From NCBI RefSeq assembly GCF_006345805.1, contig NC_043019.1:12275360-12339359 (forward strand): a DNA stretch of 64,000 nucleotides. The letters run 5' to 3'. The position numbers were made by a program, and so were the translations under genes. A model generated the notes under the pieces. That model searched no databases, was not told the DNA's origin, and saw only the letters and a program-made list of their open reading frames with translations. Shown here one piece after another: positions 27,697-39,803 of this stretch; position 1 is the stretch's first letter, and every line of letters begins with the position of its first letter. This DNA comes from Octopus sinensis (lineage: Eukaryota).

Positions 27697-28294
27697 AAGG
27701 TGGCGAGCTGACAGAATTGTTAGCATGCCGGGCGAAATGCTTAGCGGTATTTCGTCTGTCGTTACGTTCTGAGTTCAAATTCCGCCGAGGTTGACTTTGC
27801 CTTTCATCCTTTCGGGGTCGATAAATTTAGTACCAGTTTCACACTGGAGTCTATGTAATCAACTTAATCCCTTTGTCTGTCCTTGTTTGTCCTCTCTGTG
27901 TTTAGCCCCTTGTGGGTAATAAAGAAATAGGTTTTTCGTCTGTCGTTGCATTCTGAGTTCAAATTCCACCGAGGTCGACTTTGCCTTTCATCCTTTCAGG
28001 GTCGATTAAATAAGTACCAGTTACGCACTGGGGTCGATGTAATCGACTTAATCCCTTTGTCTGTCCTTGTTTTTTCCCTCTGTGTTTAGCCCCTTGTGGG
28101 TAATAAAGAAATAGGTATTTCGTCTGCTGTTACGTTCTGAGTTCAAATTCCGCCGAGGTTGACTTTGCCTTTAACCTTTTCGGGGTCGATAAAGTACCAG
28201 TTTCGCACTGGGGTCGATGTAATCGACTTAATCCCTTTGTCTGTCCTTGTTTGTCAACCTCTATGTTTAGCCCCTTGTGGGTAGTAAAGGAATA
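27697..28294 (+). repeat. SINE family B trimer
   Basis: One head plus three body units. 25-bp TSD at 27672-27696 and 28295-28319. Confidence 0.9.
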
Positions 28295-28536
28295 TATATT
28301 GTTATAATTATTGTTTATTTATAAACACACACACACCTACCTATTCAAGCACATACATACTGGACTTCTTTCAGTTTCTCTCTATCAAATCCACTCACAA
28401 AGTGTTTCACTGTGGTATTGAACCTAAAACTATATGGTTGCTACGCAAGTTTCTTAACCATACCTGCACCTATTATGTAACTGAATAATTAAAATTAACT
28501 CAGTAATTAGGATTTTATATTGCAACCATTTAATAT

Positions 28537-28930
28537 TGTGTGGTAAGTAGCTTGCTTACCAACCACATGGTTCCGGATTCAGTCCCACTGCGTAGCACCT
28601 TGGGCAAGTGTCTTTACTATAGTCTCCGGCCAACCAAAGTCTTGTGAGTGGATCTGGTTGACGGAAACTGAAAGAAGCCCGTCGTATATGTGTATATATA
28701 TATGTGTGTGTGTGTGTGTATGTTTGTGTCTGTGTTTGTCCCCCACAACATCGCTTGACAACCGATGGTGGTGTGTTTATGTCCCCCGTGACTTAGCGGT
28801 TCGCCAAAAGACACCGATAGAATAAGTACTAGGCATCCAAAGAATAAGTCCTGAGGTCGCTTTGTTTGACTAAAGGCGGTGCTCCAGCATGGCCACACAG
28901 TCAAATGACTGAAACAAGTAAAAGAGTAAA
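28537..28930 (+). mobile_element. SINE family A
   Basis: Matches the consensus. Confidence 0.8.
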
Positions 28931-29443
28931 GCTTATCTCTCTGATTACAAGTTTTAGGGAATTTGAGGAAAAGCAGGGATCAGCTGACCCCTTGTTTGCA
29001 ACTGCTGCAGTAGGATATGATATGTGGGAGATTTGAATATTTCTAGCATGTTAACCAATTATGAAGCACCTTCCTTGTTTCCATTTTCCACCATATATTT
29101 AATGGCCTTGTGTCTTATTGTTATCTTTTATCTTTTATATGTTTCAGTCATCAGACTGTGGCCATGCTGGGGCACTGTGTTGAAGGGTTTAGTCAAATAA
29201 ATCAACCCTAGTACTTATTTTTGCCAAACCTCTAAGTTGCAGGCTTGTTGTCAAGCTGTAGCAGGGGACACACATGTGCATGTGCACACACACACATACA
29301 GAGTTCCCCCATCTAAGATGCAGAGTGGTTGTCAGCAGTGGTGCCCCAGCATGGCCGCGGCCTTCGGGCTAAAACATTTTAAAGGATTTTAAGGATTTAA
29401 ACCTCTAAGTTATAGGTTAGTTGTCAAACTGTGATGGGAGACA

Positions 29444-29482
<39 letters not shown>

Positions 29483-29791
29483 GCTCACACACACAGAGTT
29501 CCCATCTAACAAATAATTTACTCACAGGGCATCGATTGCAACAGAGGACCACTTGCCTACTTGAACAAAGCTCATGGTCTCTCAGTTTGCCAATGTAGGG
29601 TGTGTTACATGAGAAATTTGGCTTCTATTTCTAGCAAGTTGAGTAATCAAGAAGCAACTTCTTCCTTACCCTTCTCCACCACATATATCTTATATGGCTT
29701 TGTATCCTATGGTGTATCTTTTATATCTTGGACTGTGGCCATGATGCAATTTCACCTTGAAGGATTTGGCCAAATCTTTTGCTGAATAGCT

Positions 29792-30172
29792 ATAGGCGTA
29801 GAAGTGGCTGTGTGGTAAGTGGCTTGCTTACTAACCACATGGTTCCGGGTTCAGTCCCACTGCATGGCATCTTGGGCAAGTGTCTTCTACTATAGCCTCG
29901 AGCCGACCAAAGCCTTGTGAGTGGATTTGGTAGACGGAAACTGAAAGAAGCCCGTCGTATATATATGTGTGTGTATGTTTGTGTGTCTGTGTTTGTCCCC
30001 TCCAACATCGCTTGACAACTGATGCTGGTATGTTTATGACCCCATAACTTAGTGGTTCAGCAAAAGAGACCGGTAAAATAAGTACTAGGCTTACAAGGAA
30101 TAAGTCCTGGGATCGATTTGCTTGACTAAAGGCGGTGCTCCAGCATGACTGAAACAAGCAAAAGAGTAAAGA
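29792..30172 (+). mobile_element. SINE family A
   Basis: Matches the consensus. Confidence 0.8.
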
Positions 30173-31235
30173 ATATAGTAAAGGACACTTGAACAGAGCC
30201 CATCCATGGTTTCTCAACTGCTGCAGTAGGGTATGATATGTGAAGGATTTGGCTGGTATTTCTAGCAAGTTGAGCAATCACAAAGAAATTTCTTCCTCAC
30301 CATTTACCCAAATATATTATTGAATGATGGCCTTATATCCTGTTGTATTTTTGACTTGTCTCAGTCATTGAGCTGCACCTTAAAGGGTTTGGCCTAGTAT
30401 ATTGACCCCAGGACTGACTTTCAAGTGTAGTGGTCATTTCCCCCCAGTATCTTTTGCCGACTCGCTATAATGAAAGACACTTGTCCACTTGAACAAAGCT
30501 CATGGTCTTTCTACATCCAAATTTTTGAGGAATTTTGGGGAACAATAAGAGAAGGTTTATTAACCCTGTATAGGCAACCTCTGCAGTCAGGTGTGATACA
30601 AGTGAGATTTAGCTGCTATTTCTAGCAAGTTGAGTCTTCACAGAGAAACTTCTTTCTTACCATTCTCCACCAGATTACATGGCCTTGTAGTCTAATGTTG
30701 GCGACATCATATTTCATAAGGCAGTGCTTGGCCTAGAAAATGCCTACAGTCTTAACAAAGAATTCTAATTCAAGTTTAGAACAAAAGACTTCAATGAGTT
30801 GGTTCTGGTCAGTGAGGTCTGTAGGGTTTTTTTTTGGTTTTTTTCTGAGTTTTTTTTGTGGTTTTTGACTTGCCTGCCACACCATTTCACTTCCACTGAC
30901 CCTATGACTAGCTTCCTTTTTTAAGTGTAGGTTAATGATGCTCGCTGAGGGCTGGGGGGTAGGCAGGCGGTGGTGCTGGTGGGCTCTGTGAAAGTGGCCT
31001 GACTCTAGTGCTTAGACCACACAAAATCTCTCAACTGTTCCTCATTAAATATTCTCTCTTTCAGCTTGTCTTTCTCTCTCTCTCTCTCCTCTATGTCTCT
31101 TCCTCTTTGTATCTCTCTTTCCATCTCTTATTTCTTCTCTCTTTCTTTTTCTCCCTATCTTATGTCTATCTCACTCACTCTCTCTTCCTCTTTCTGTCTG
31201 CCTGTCCCTCCCCTCTCTTTGTATCTCTCTCTCTC

Positions 31236-31266
<31 letters not shown>

Positions 31267-31347
31267 GCACATATATCTTTTTCCGTCTTTTTCTTCTCTC
31301 CCCTCTTTCTTTCTGCCTGTCTCTCATCTCTCTTTGTCTCTCTCTCC

Positions 31348-31426
<79 letters not shown>

Positions 31427-31537
31427 GTATATATATATATATACACACACACACACGCACATATATCTTTTTCCGTCTTTTTCTTCTCTCCCCTCTTTCT
31501 TTCTGCCTGTCTCTCATCTCTCTTTGTCTCTCTCTCC

Positions 31538-31608
<71 letters not shown>

Positions 31609-32119
31609 TCTTTCCTGTCTTTTTTCTTCTCTCTCTCTATCCCCGATTTTCTCTTTGTGTCTGCCTGGCTATCTCTTTCTCTCTCTCTCTCTCTGACTCT
31701 CTCTTCGTATCTCTCTCTTTCTATATCTCTCTTTCATCATCTTTTTTCTCCTCCGTACTCCCCCTCTCTCAGTATGACTGCAAAATATCTTTTTCTGCGC
31801 AATAATTAAAATGTCCACAACCCTCCTTACAGAAACATATTATTTCAAATAGTAGGTAAAAGGCTGAGGCTGCATAGAAGAGGTGAGTTATGTATGCTAA
31901 CTGTAATTGTAGACTGATATGAATTATCTTCGATGTGGAGTGTCGAGGGTGAAAGGTAAGGCCAAGCTTGTGGAATTTGAACCAGGAACGTGAAGGAATG
32001 AAATTAAATGCCACAAAAGTATCTACTGTAAATTTAAATCAGAACAATATATATATGTACACACACATACACACACACATATATATATGTATGTGTATGT
32101 GTGTGTGTGTATATATATA

Positions 32120-32500
32120 TAGGAGTGGCTGTGTGGTAAGTAGCTTGCTTACCAACTACATGGTTCCGGGTTCAGTCCCACTGCGTGGCATCTTGGGCAA
32201 GTGTCTTCTGCTATAGCCTCGGGCCGACTAAAGCCTTGTGAGTGGATTTGGTAGACGGAAACTGAAAGAAGCTCGTCATATATATGTATATATATATATA
32301 TGTGTGTGTGTGTGTCTGTGTTTGTCCCCCTAGCATTGTGTTTACGTCGCTGTCACTTAGTGGTTCAGCAAAAAGAGACCGATAGAATAAGTACTGGGCT
32401 TACAAAGAATAAGTCCTGGGGTCAATTTGCTCTACTAAAGGCGATGCTCCAGCATGGCCGCAGTCAAATGACTGAAACAAGTAAAAGAGTAAAAAAGAGT
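32120..32500 (+). mobile_element. SINE family A
   Basis: Matches the consensus with a short internal deletion. Confidence 0.8.
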
Positions 32501-32679
32501 ATATATATATATGTATGTATGTATGTGTGTGTATATATACATGTATGTGTATTTTGAAATTAGATAATGAGGGTAGAAATTGATATCAATCAACATCAAT
32601 TTAAACCAGTGGTCAAGCATATAAAAAAAAAATCCAAAGATTTAAAAATAATATTACAATAAATAAGAGGAATGACCCC

Positions 32680-32871
32680 TAAAGTGGATTCCTAATATGC
32701 TAAAGATAGATGTCAAATCGCTCTTTCCACGAAGAGTGTGTTCTCAAGAATTTTCATTTGTTTTGCTCATTTTTACATTCTGGCGTTTTTGCTGAAATTT
32801 TTCTTGAGAATTCACTCTTCATGGTAAAGGCAATTTGATGTCTATCTTTAGCATATTAGGAATCCACTTTA
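32680..32871. mobile_element. Foldback MITE
   Basis: Arms of ~75 bp with a perfect outer part taaagtggattcctaatatgctaaagataga. Right end ctttaa. Confidence 0.75.
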
Positions 32872-33138
32872 ATATATGTATTTATGTGTGTCTCTGTGTC
32901 TATGTTTGTCCCTCCGCCAAGGCTTGACAACCAATGTTGGTGTGTTTATGTCCCCGAAATTTAGTGGTTTGGCAAAAAGGACTGATAGAATAAGTACTAG
33001 GCTTACAAAGAATAAGTCCTGGGGTTGATTTCTTCAACTCAAGGTGATGCTCCAGCATGGCTGCAGTCAAATGACTGAAATTGTAAAAGAGTAAAAGAGA
33101 CATATAAAAATTCACACATACACACACCCATACTTACA

Positions 33139-33522
33139 TCTCTCTCTATATAAACGGCAGTTTGTCTGTGTGTGTTTCTGTGTGTCTGTTTGGTTGTACC
33201 CTCACTCTGACCACGGCTTTCAACCGATTCTGATGAAACTTGACACACACATAGCCCAATGTCATAATTCAAAACTAACGCAGCGAAAATTTTGAAAAGT
33301 TCCCCCAGTTCTGAAAAAAATAGATAAATTCGACATGGGGTCGAGAATTAGAAACACAAACCACAGACTGTCTAGGGGACGCAACTCGACCTTTTTAACT
33401 CTCAAAAAAAATTTACCATCATTTTTCCCCATTTTTTTTGCTATATTTTGGCTATAACTATCTAAAAATGCTTTATAGTTATTTCCCTTACAAACCCGAG
33501 CAACGCCGGGCGATACTGCTAG
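33139..33522 (+). mobile_element. Non-autonomous Helitron
   Basis: 5' TC, 3' CCCGAGCAACGCCGGG hairpin then CTAG, inserted between A and T, no TSD. Near-identical copy at 56815-57192. Confidence 0.85.
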
Positions 33523-33554
33523 TATATAAATATATATATATATATACACACTCT

Positions 33555-33857
33555 GTTTTTTGTTTTGTTCCTTCTCGAGCTACGCCTGGCTTATAAGGGC
33601 TGGTTTCCCAGTTTCCTTGGTGTATAGATTCCCCGTTTGGACAGGAGACCGATCCATCTCAGGTGAGCTGCAAGATGCAGGAGGAAAGAGAGAAAGTTGT
33701 GGCGAAAAAGTCAGAAGTTTGCCATTACCTTCTGCCGGAGCCACGTGGAGCTTAGGTGTTTTGCTCATAAACACTCACACTGCCCGGTCTGAGATTCGAA
33801 CATGCAGTCCCTCAACCGCAAGTCTGCTGCTCTAACCACTTGGCCATGTGCCTCCAC
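33555..33857 (-). mobile_element. tRNA-derived SINE family C
   Basis: Head GGAGGCACATGGCCAAGTGGTTAGAGCAGC...GTTCGAATCTC. Inverted copy at 34579-34891. Confidence 0.75.
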
Positions 33858-34578
33858 ATATATAGATAAGTACTAGGTTTAAAAAAAAAAAACTTCTGAC
33901 TTTGATTTGTTCTGCTAAAACCCTTCGAGGAGGTGCTCCAACATGGTCATAGTCCACTGACTGAAACTTATAAAGGATAATATTCCTTTAGTTGATTTAG
34001 TTGAGAAATCTCCACTCTTTAAAATGAAATTGATTTTGAAGAGTTCGTTATGGTGTTAGAAGCGGTGGAGCATCCTTTACCTATTATGTCCCGTGACATT
34101 GAAATGGTATAGGTATTCAAATTTCATCAGGGTTGGTTTGTGTATTTCCTAAAAAATCAATAAAATGAGACCCAGTCATGTGCAGGTATTGATTCGTTAG
34201 TCACCACCATCTCCACCACTGCCACCACCACCACCGGCAAGATCAAATTTATTATGCTATTTTAAGAAACATTATTCTGTTTGTCAAGGGATGGCTGTGT
34301 GGTTAAGAATGGGTGCAGGTATACCTGTATGGTTAAAAAGCTTGCTTTGCAACTCCACGGTTCTGGGTTCAGTCCCACTGTGCATCCGTCCCAGGGCTAT
34401 AGTACGAAAGTAAAAGACACTTGGCAAGTGTCTTCCACAATAGCCCTTGTGAGTGGATTTGGTAAATAGAACCTCCACGGAAACCTATCATATATATGGT
34501 ACCATGCAGTGGATCCCGTCCCACTGTGTGGCACCTTGAGCAAATGTCTTCTGTAGCCTCAGGCCAACCAAATCTATA

Positions 34579-34891
34579 GTGGAGGCACATGACCTAGTGG
34601 TTAAAGCAGCAGACTCGCGGTCGAGGGTTTGCGGGTTTGAATCTCAGATCGAGTGATGTGTGTGTTTATGAGCGAAACACCTAAGCTCCACGCGGATCCG
34701 GCAGAAGGTAATGGTGAACTTCTGCTGACTCTTTCGCCACAACTTTCTCTCTCTCTTTCCTCCTGCATCTTGCAGCTCACCTGCGACGGACTGGCATCCC
34801 GTCCAGGTGGGGAACCTATACGCCAAGGAAACCGGGAAACCAGTCCTTATGAGCCAGGGATGGCTCGAAAAGGAACAAACAAACAACAACA
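34579..34891 (+). mobile_element. tRNA-derived SINE family C
   Basis: Homologous to 33555-33857, (AAAC)n tail, flanked by caaatcta repeats. Confidence 0.75.
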
Positions 34892-35442
34892 AATCTAAAG
34901 TGAATTTAGTAGGTAGACACTGTATGGCAACTTGGGCAAGTGTCTTCTTCTATAGCCTCAGGCCGACTAAAGCCTTGTGAGTGGATTTGGTAGATGGAAA
35001 CTGAAAGAAGCCCATTGTGTATATATGTGGATCAGATTGGAGCCTGGTGTAGCCGCTGGCTCTCCAGACCTCAGTCAAACTGTCCAACCCGTGCCAGCAT
35101 GGAAAATGGATGTTAAATGATAATGATGATGTGTCTATTTGTCCCCCACCACTACCATCACTTGACAACTGATGTTGGTTTGTTTACACCCTCATCACTT
35201 AGCAGTTCGGCAAAAGGGACTGATAGAATAAGTACTTGGCTTACAAAGAATAAGTCTTGGGATCAATTTGTTTGACTAAAAGCAGTGCTCCAGCATGGCC
35301 ACAGTCAAATGACCAAAACAAGTAAAAGAATAAAAGAATACATGTTAAGAACAAAAGCCAGAGTTGACTTTAATGGGATTTGAACTCGGAGCATAATGTG
35401 CTCAAACAAATTTCACAGGGCATTTTGTCTGCTGCTCCAACA

Positions 35443-35784
35443 GAGTAGTTCTCAACCATTTTTTTGCTTACAGACCCCTTTAATTACTATTTTATTCTGG
35501 TGGACCCCTATAGCCATTTGATGTTTAAAAACTAGTTTTACAGACACTTGTTTCAGAATTCCTATTTTGTTTGTTACACATTAACTTATATAAGTTGAAT
35601 TATGTAAAACATCAGAGGAAGAAACCGAACTGTTTCTTGCAATAAATATGTCTAAAGTGAAAATCTTTTCATGAACTTTTGAAATGCTACTGTGGACCCT
35701 CAATCTACTGTTTTGCTTGCGTGGACCCCCAGAAATCTTACATAGACCTCCAGAGGTCAAATGGATCCTGGTTGAGAACTATTG
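35443..35784. mobile_element. hAT-like MITE
   Basis: TIRs tagttctcaacca / tggttgagaacta, with internal GGACCC repeats. Confidence 0.65.
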
Positions 35785-36047
35785 CCTGTGTCATCTCTTG
35801 TGAAAGGTAGGAGAGTCCAGTTTGCTGGATATTGTTGTAGAGCTGAAAACGAGGTAACTTCTACTCTTCTCCTCTGGAAGCCATCTACTCGCAATACCAG
35901 AGGGCGCACACTCTCCTACCCTGATGTAATCTCCAGGGATACAGGCATCAGCAACAGGACCTCCGTAATGCCATGATGGACCGTGAAGTCTGGCGTAGCA
36001 TGGTAAATTCCATTGTCTCGACCACAGTCGAACAATGATGATGATGA
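35785..36047 (+). mobile_element. RTE-like LINE 3' fragment (third family)
   Basis: RRVQFAGYCCRA...LLLWKP...RGRTLSYPDVISRDTG...AMMDREVWRSMV then an (ATG)n tail. The same tail recurs at ~58028-58064. Confidence 0.7.
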
Positions 36048-39000
36048 TTGCTCTATTGACCCAACAAACAGTGGATTCAAAATCATGTGGATTTCTGTGC
36101 ATTTCTAGATGAAAGGGTAAAATGAAATTATGTGACAATCACTCCTCATTCACTTTTCTTTTTTGTTAAAGGAATTAGTGATTTCACCGAACTAGTTTAG
36201 CTTACACCTGGGATTAAAAACCAGATATGCTAACTTGAGCTCGCTGGTTCTTCTCACTCCTACTGTGTGTAGTGCCAGTGCCGTTTGCCAAAGTAAATGG
36301 TAAACTATAAGAAGATGTAATATCGCTGTTTTTGTTGGCTTTTTTTGTTTGTTTGTGTTTTGGGTAAATTTACTACTGCCAAAAACGATCTGTCAAAACA
36401 GAAGCATACATACACACACACTACTAGAGGCAGGCTCACACGTACACGCTTATCTGGGATGGATGGTGGTTTGATAAGCTTATCTATTGAGAGCAAGGTT
36501 TTCTACAAAAAGACTATGAACCACCAGCAGCAATGATTCAACCTTGACTGATACAATATTATCCCTCCTCCTTCTGTTACTCCCTTCTTTACTCCCACTC
36601 TTTCTTTTGCTTCATACAACCTGTGCGCGCACACACACACATACTGTTACTGACTTGCACATAATCTTCATTGGTGGTGGTCCATCAAGGATTGCTTTAT
36701 GCATTGTGCTGTGACCAACTGTGCCAACAGTCTCAACCAATCAATGCAGCTATCATATATATTTCTTTATTACCCACAAGGGGCTAAACACAGAGGGGAC
36801 AAGCGAGGACAGACAAAGGGATTAAGTCGATTACATCAACCCCAGTGCGAAACTGGTACTTATTTAATCGACCCCAAAAGGATGAAAGGCAAAGTCGACC
36901 TCGGTGGAATTTGAACTCGGTACGTAACGACAGACGAAATACGGCTACGCATTTCGCCCGGCATGCTAACGTTCTGTTCGTGGAGACCCAAATTAAGACA
37001 GTCCTAACAAGCGCAGTACCAAACTGGATGAGAAAAGTGGACATATAACTTCTTGAATGGCTCACTGCAACAAGTTGAAACCCTTACTGTAGTCCATATG
37101 TTGTTACTTAGCAGCAGGTCAATCCTGATCAAGCAAACTCATGGTCAAATGGTCTCCAGCCATGACCATCCCTTTGTTTCACAAAGTATATCTAAAACCC
37201 TTTTCAGCCTTTCAAAAACACAGAAAGTGTTAACTTAATTATTTATTACTTGGTTTTGGTGACCGGGATATGGACAGTGTGATGAAAATTTAGGCCCCAA
37301 GTAATAAATGATTAAATGAAACTAAAACTAACAATTTCTGTGTACTTTCCATCCATCCATCCATCCGACTTCTTCCACCCACTACTCCTTAACCCTTTAG
37401 CATTCAGATTAATCTGTCAAATGTACAGCCTGTTTAATCACTTGTTTTAAATAAATTGTACAGCATCTTGTAACTCTGAGATTTTGATGATGTCCCTGTT
37501 TAGTTTTAGAATGACTTTGTAGGGTAGGTGTGAGAGGTCAGAGCTGGCTGGTTCGAGCATATAACAGGAAGACAATTTTGGCCTGGTATGGCCGGTTTAA
37601 ACACTAAAGGGTTAATCTCTTTTTCTTTCAAAGTTCTTAGAAAAAGTTCTAGGGGTGATGTAATTGATTTCTATCATAGAAGGCTGTAGTCCAGTAAGTG
37701 AAAAAAAAAAAAAAATTAACAGAGAAAAGAAGTCATCTTAATAATTAAGTACTTAATATTTTCCTTTATTTATTAATCTAATTGAAATGGTTTATTTATT
37801 CTCTTTTGGTCGTTTCGAAAGTTTTCATTTCACGTTTTCATTTCATCAGAGAAGAAATTTCACCAACATCTAATTTCTGATTTTTATCGGATTGCTTACG
37901 TCAGAAGCAAGTCCGTTATCAGTTCGTTATCAGCACTAATAGACCTTAAACTTTTTGGAACCAATTAGATGTTTGTGACTTCTTTCAATCATTATGCATC
38001 AAGCAACCACCACCACCACCACCACCATTTACATCCTGAAATATCTTTAATGAGCTGCAAACCCATAAACCTGAAGTTGTTAAGAAAATCCCTAACTGAG
38101 AAGAAGAGATTAAAAATGGTGTGTGTGTGTGTTTGTTTGTTTGTTTTTCTCCTCTTTAAATTCGAGTTGTCTCGGTCCTAAGTTAAACATGTGGATTGGA
38201 GGGTTTATTGCTGGGTTACATAGAAGTGGTTTAATTATCTGTATCTGGGATGGGGTGTATACATGGAAAAGTGCTGTGATTTGTTTTTGGGACACACACA
38301 CGCACGCACGTGCGTGCACATACATGTGCCAGTGTCAGGTATTTTGCACCCAAAGCGACGCCATGTAAAAGGCACCCATGCCGGTGCCACGTGAAAAGCA
38401 GTGGTGCTGGTGCTGCATAAAAATCTCCCAGCACACTCTGTAAAGGGGTTAGCATTAGGAAGGGTATCTGGCTGTAGAAACCAAAGCAGGTAATTGGAGC
38501 TTGGCACACCTGTCTGGCTGACCAGTCCTGTCAAACTGTGCAACCCATGCCAGTTGGGAAATGGACATTAAATGATGATGTATGTGTGTGTAGATATATA
38601 ATTTGTTAAACACGGGATTTAAATGTGAGTAGCCCATCCTGCTTGAAAGGTCCCTGAATAAGGGTTGTTTAAAGATGTTGAACAAAACACCTATGTTTCC
38701 AGAGACGAATTATTCAAATGCCAAAAAATTCCTTTCAACACATGGCTATGATGCTCCCTCAGTACTTCTCTTTGTGGTCGGATGTGGACATATCGTCAGC
38801 CACTAAGGGACATGCTCAGCTGTTTAAGATCAAACAACTGACAAGCAAATCTGTGGTATTGAGCAGAATATTTGCTGTAGCCCATCTGCTCAGTGCCAAG
38901 ACAAAACAATGTACATGATAACACTTCCAATCAGTTAAAATCAGAAGCCATGAGACCCAATGCCTGATACTGCATCAGGGCATTTATTATTATTTGTTCT

Positions 39001-39329
39001 AGTTGAGCATTGGGCTTGATGTAATCCACCAAAAGTTTGGGCCTTATGCTTAGAACAGAAAGAATTATTGTAGAGGCAGCAAGCTGGCAGAATCATTGGC
39101 GCATTGGACAAGGTGCTTTGTGGTATTTCTTCCCTGTCTTTGTGTTCTGAGTTCAAATCCTGCTGACATCAATTTTGCCTCTCGTCCTTTCAGGATCAAT
39201 AAAATGAAGTACCTGTCAAGTACTGGGGTACCCCTTTCACCAAATTTCATGCCTTGTGCTAAAATTAGAAATTATTATTATTATTTCGGTATTCTTATTG
39301 TAATAATCATCCCTAACAGTTACCAATGC

Positions 39330-39508
39330 TATCATCATTGTCATCATCATCATCATCACTTTTAGCATCATCATCATTAGCACTTTCATCATTATCTTCA
39401 TCATCATCATTGCTTTCATTATCATTTTCATCATCATTATCACTTTCATCATCATCACCATTATTGCTTTCATTATCATCATTTTCATCATCATCATCAT
39501 CATCATGA
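39330..39508. repeat. Degenerate (CAT)n trinucleotide tract
   Basis: Direct observation. Confidence 0.9.
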
Positions 39509-39771
39509 TTCAAGTGCCTGTGTATTAAAATAGGTCTTGTCAGTTTGTGTGAGTGTGTAATGTATTGACACACATTTTAATGAAACACATCCCTCACCAC
39601 ACACACTAACACACACACACACACACACACACACATTAAACTTCATGTATGTGTGTTTGTATGTGTGTGTGTGTGTGTGTGTGTAGACCTAATATGATGA
39701 ATCTGGGTCTGAGCACACTCACACACGTGCGCTTACAAATGCACTTTCATTACACGTGCTTAGAAGCATGG

Positions 39772-39803
<32 letters not shown>

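Noticed and set aside
31008-31809. 199-247 aa ORFs and a ~190-bp tandem duplication
   Set aside because: CT/TA low complexity. The duplication is bounded by microsatellites, so slippage or assembly artefact is likely.
37800-37856. Minus-strand CTGATGA...CGAAAC
   Set aside because: No NUH triplet or convincing stems, so likely chance.
39237-39573. Poly-Met/Asp/Ser ORFs
   Set aside because: (CAT)n repeat.
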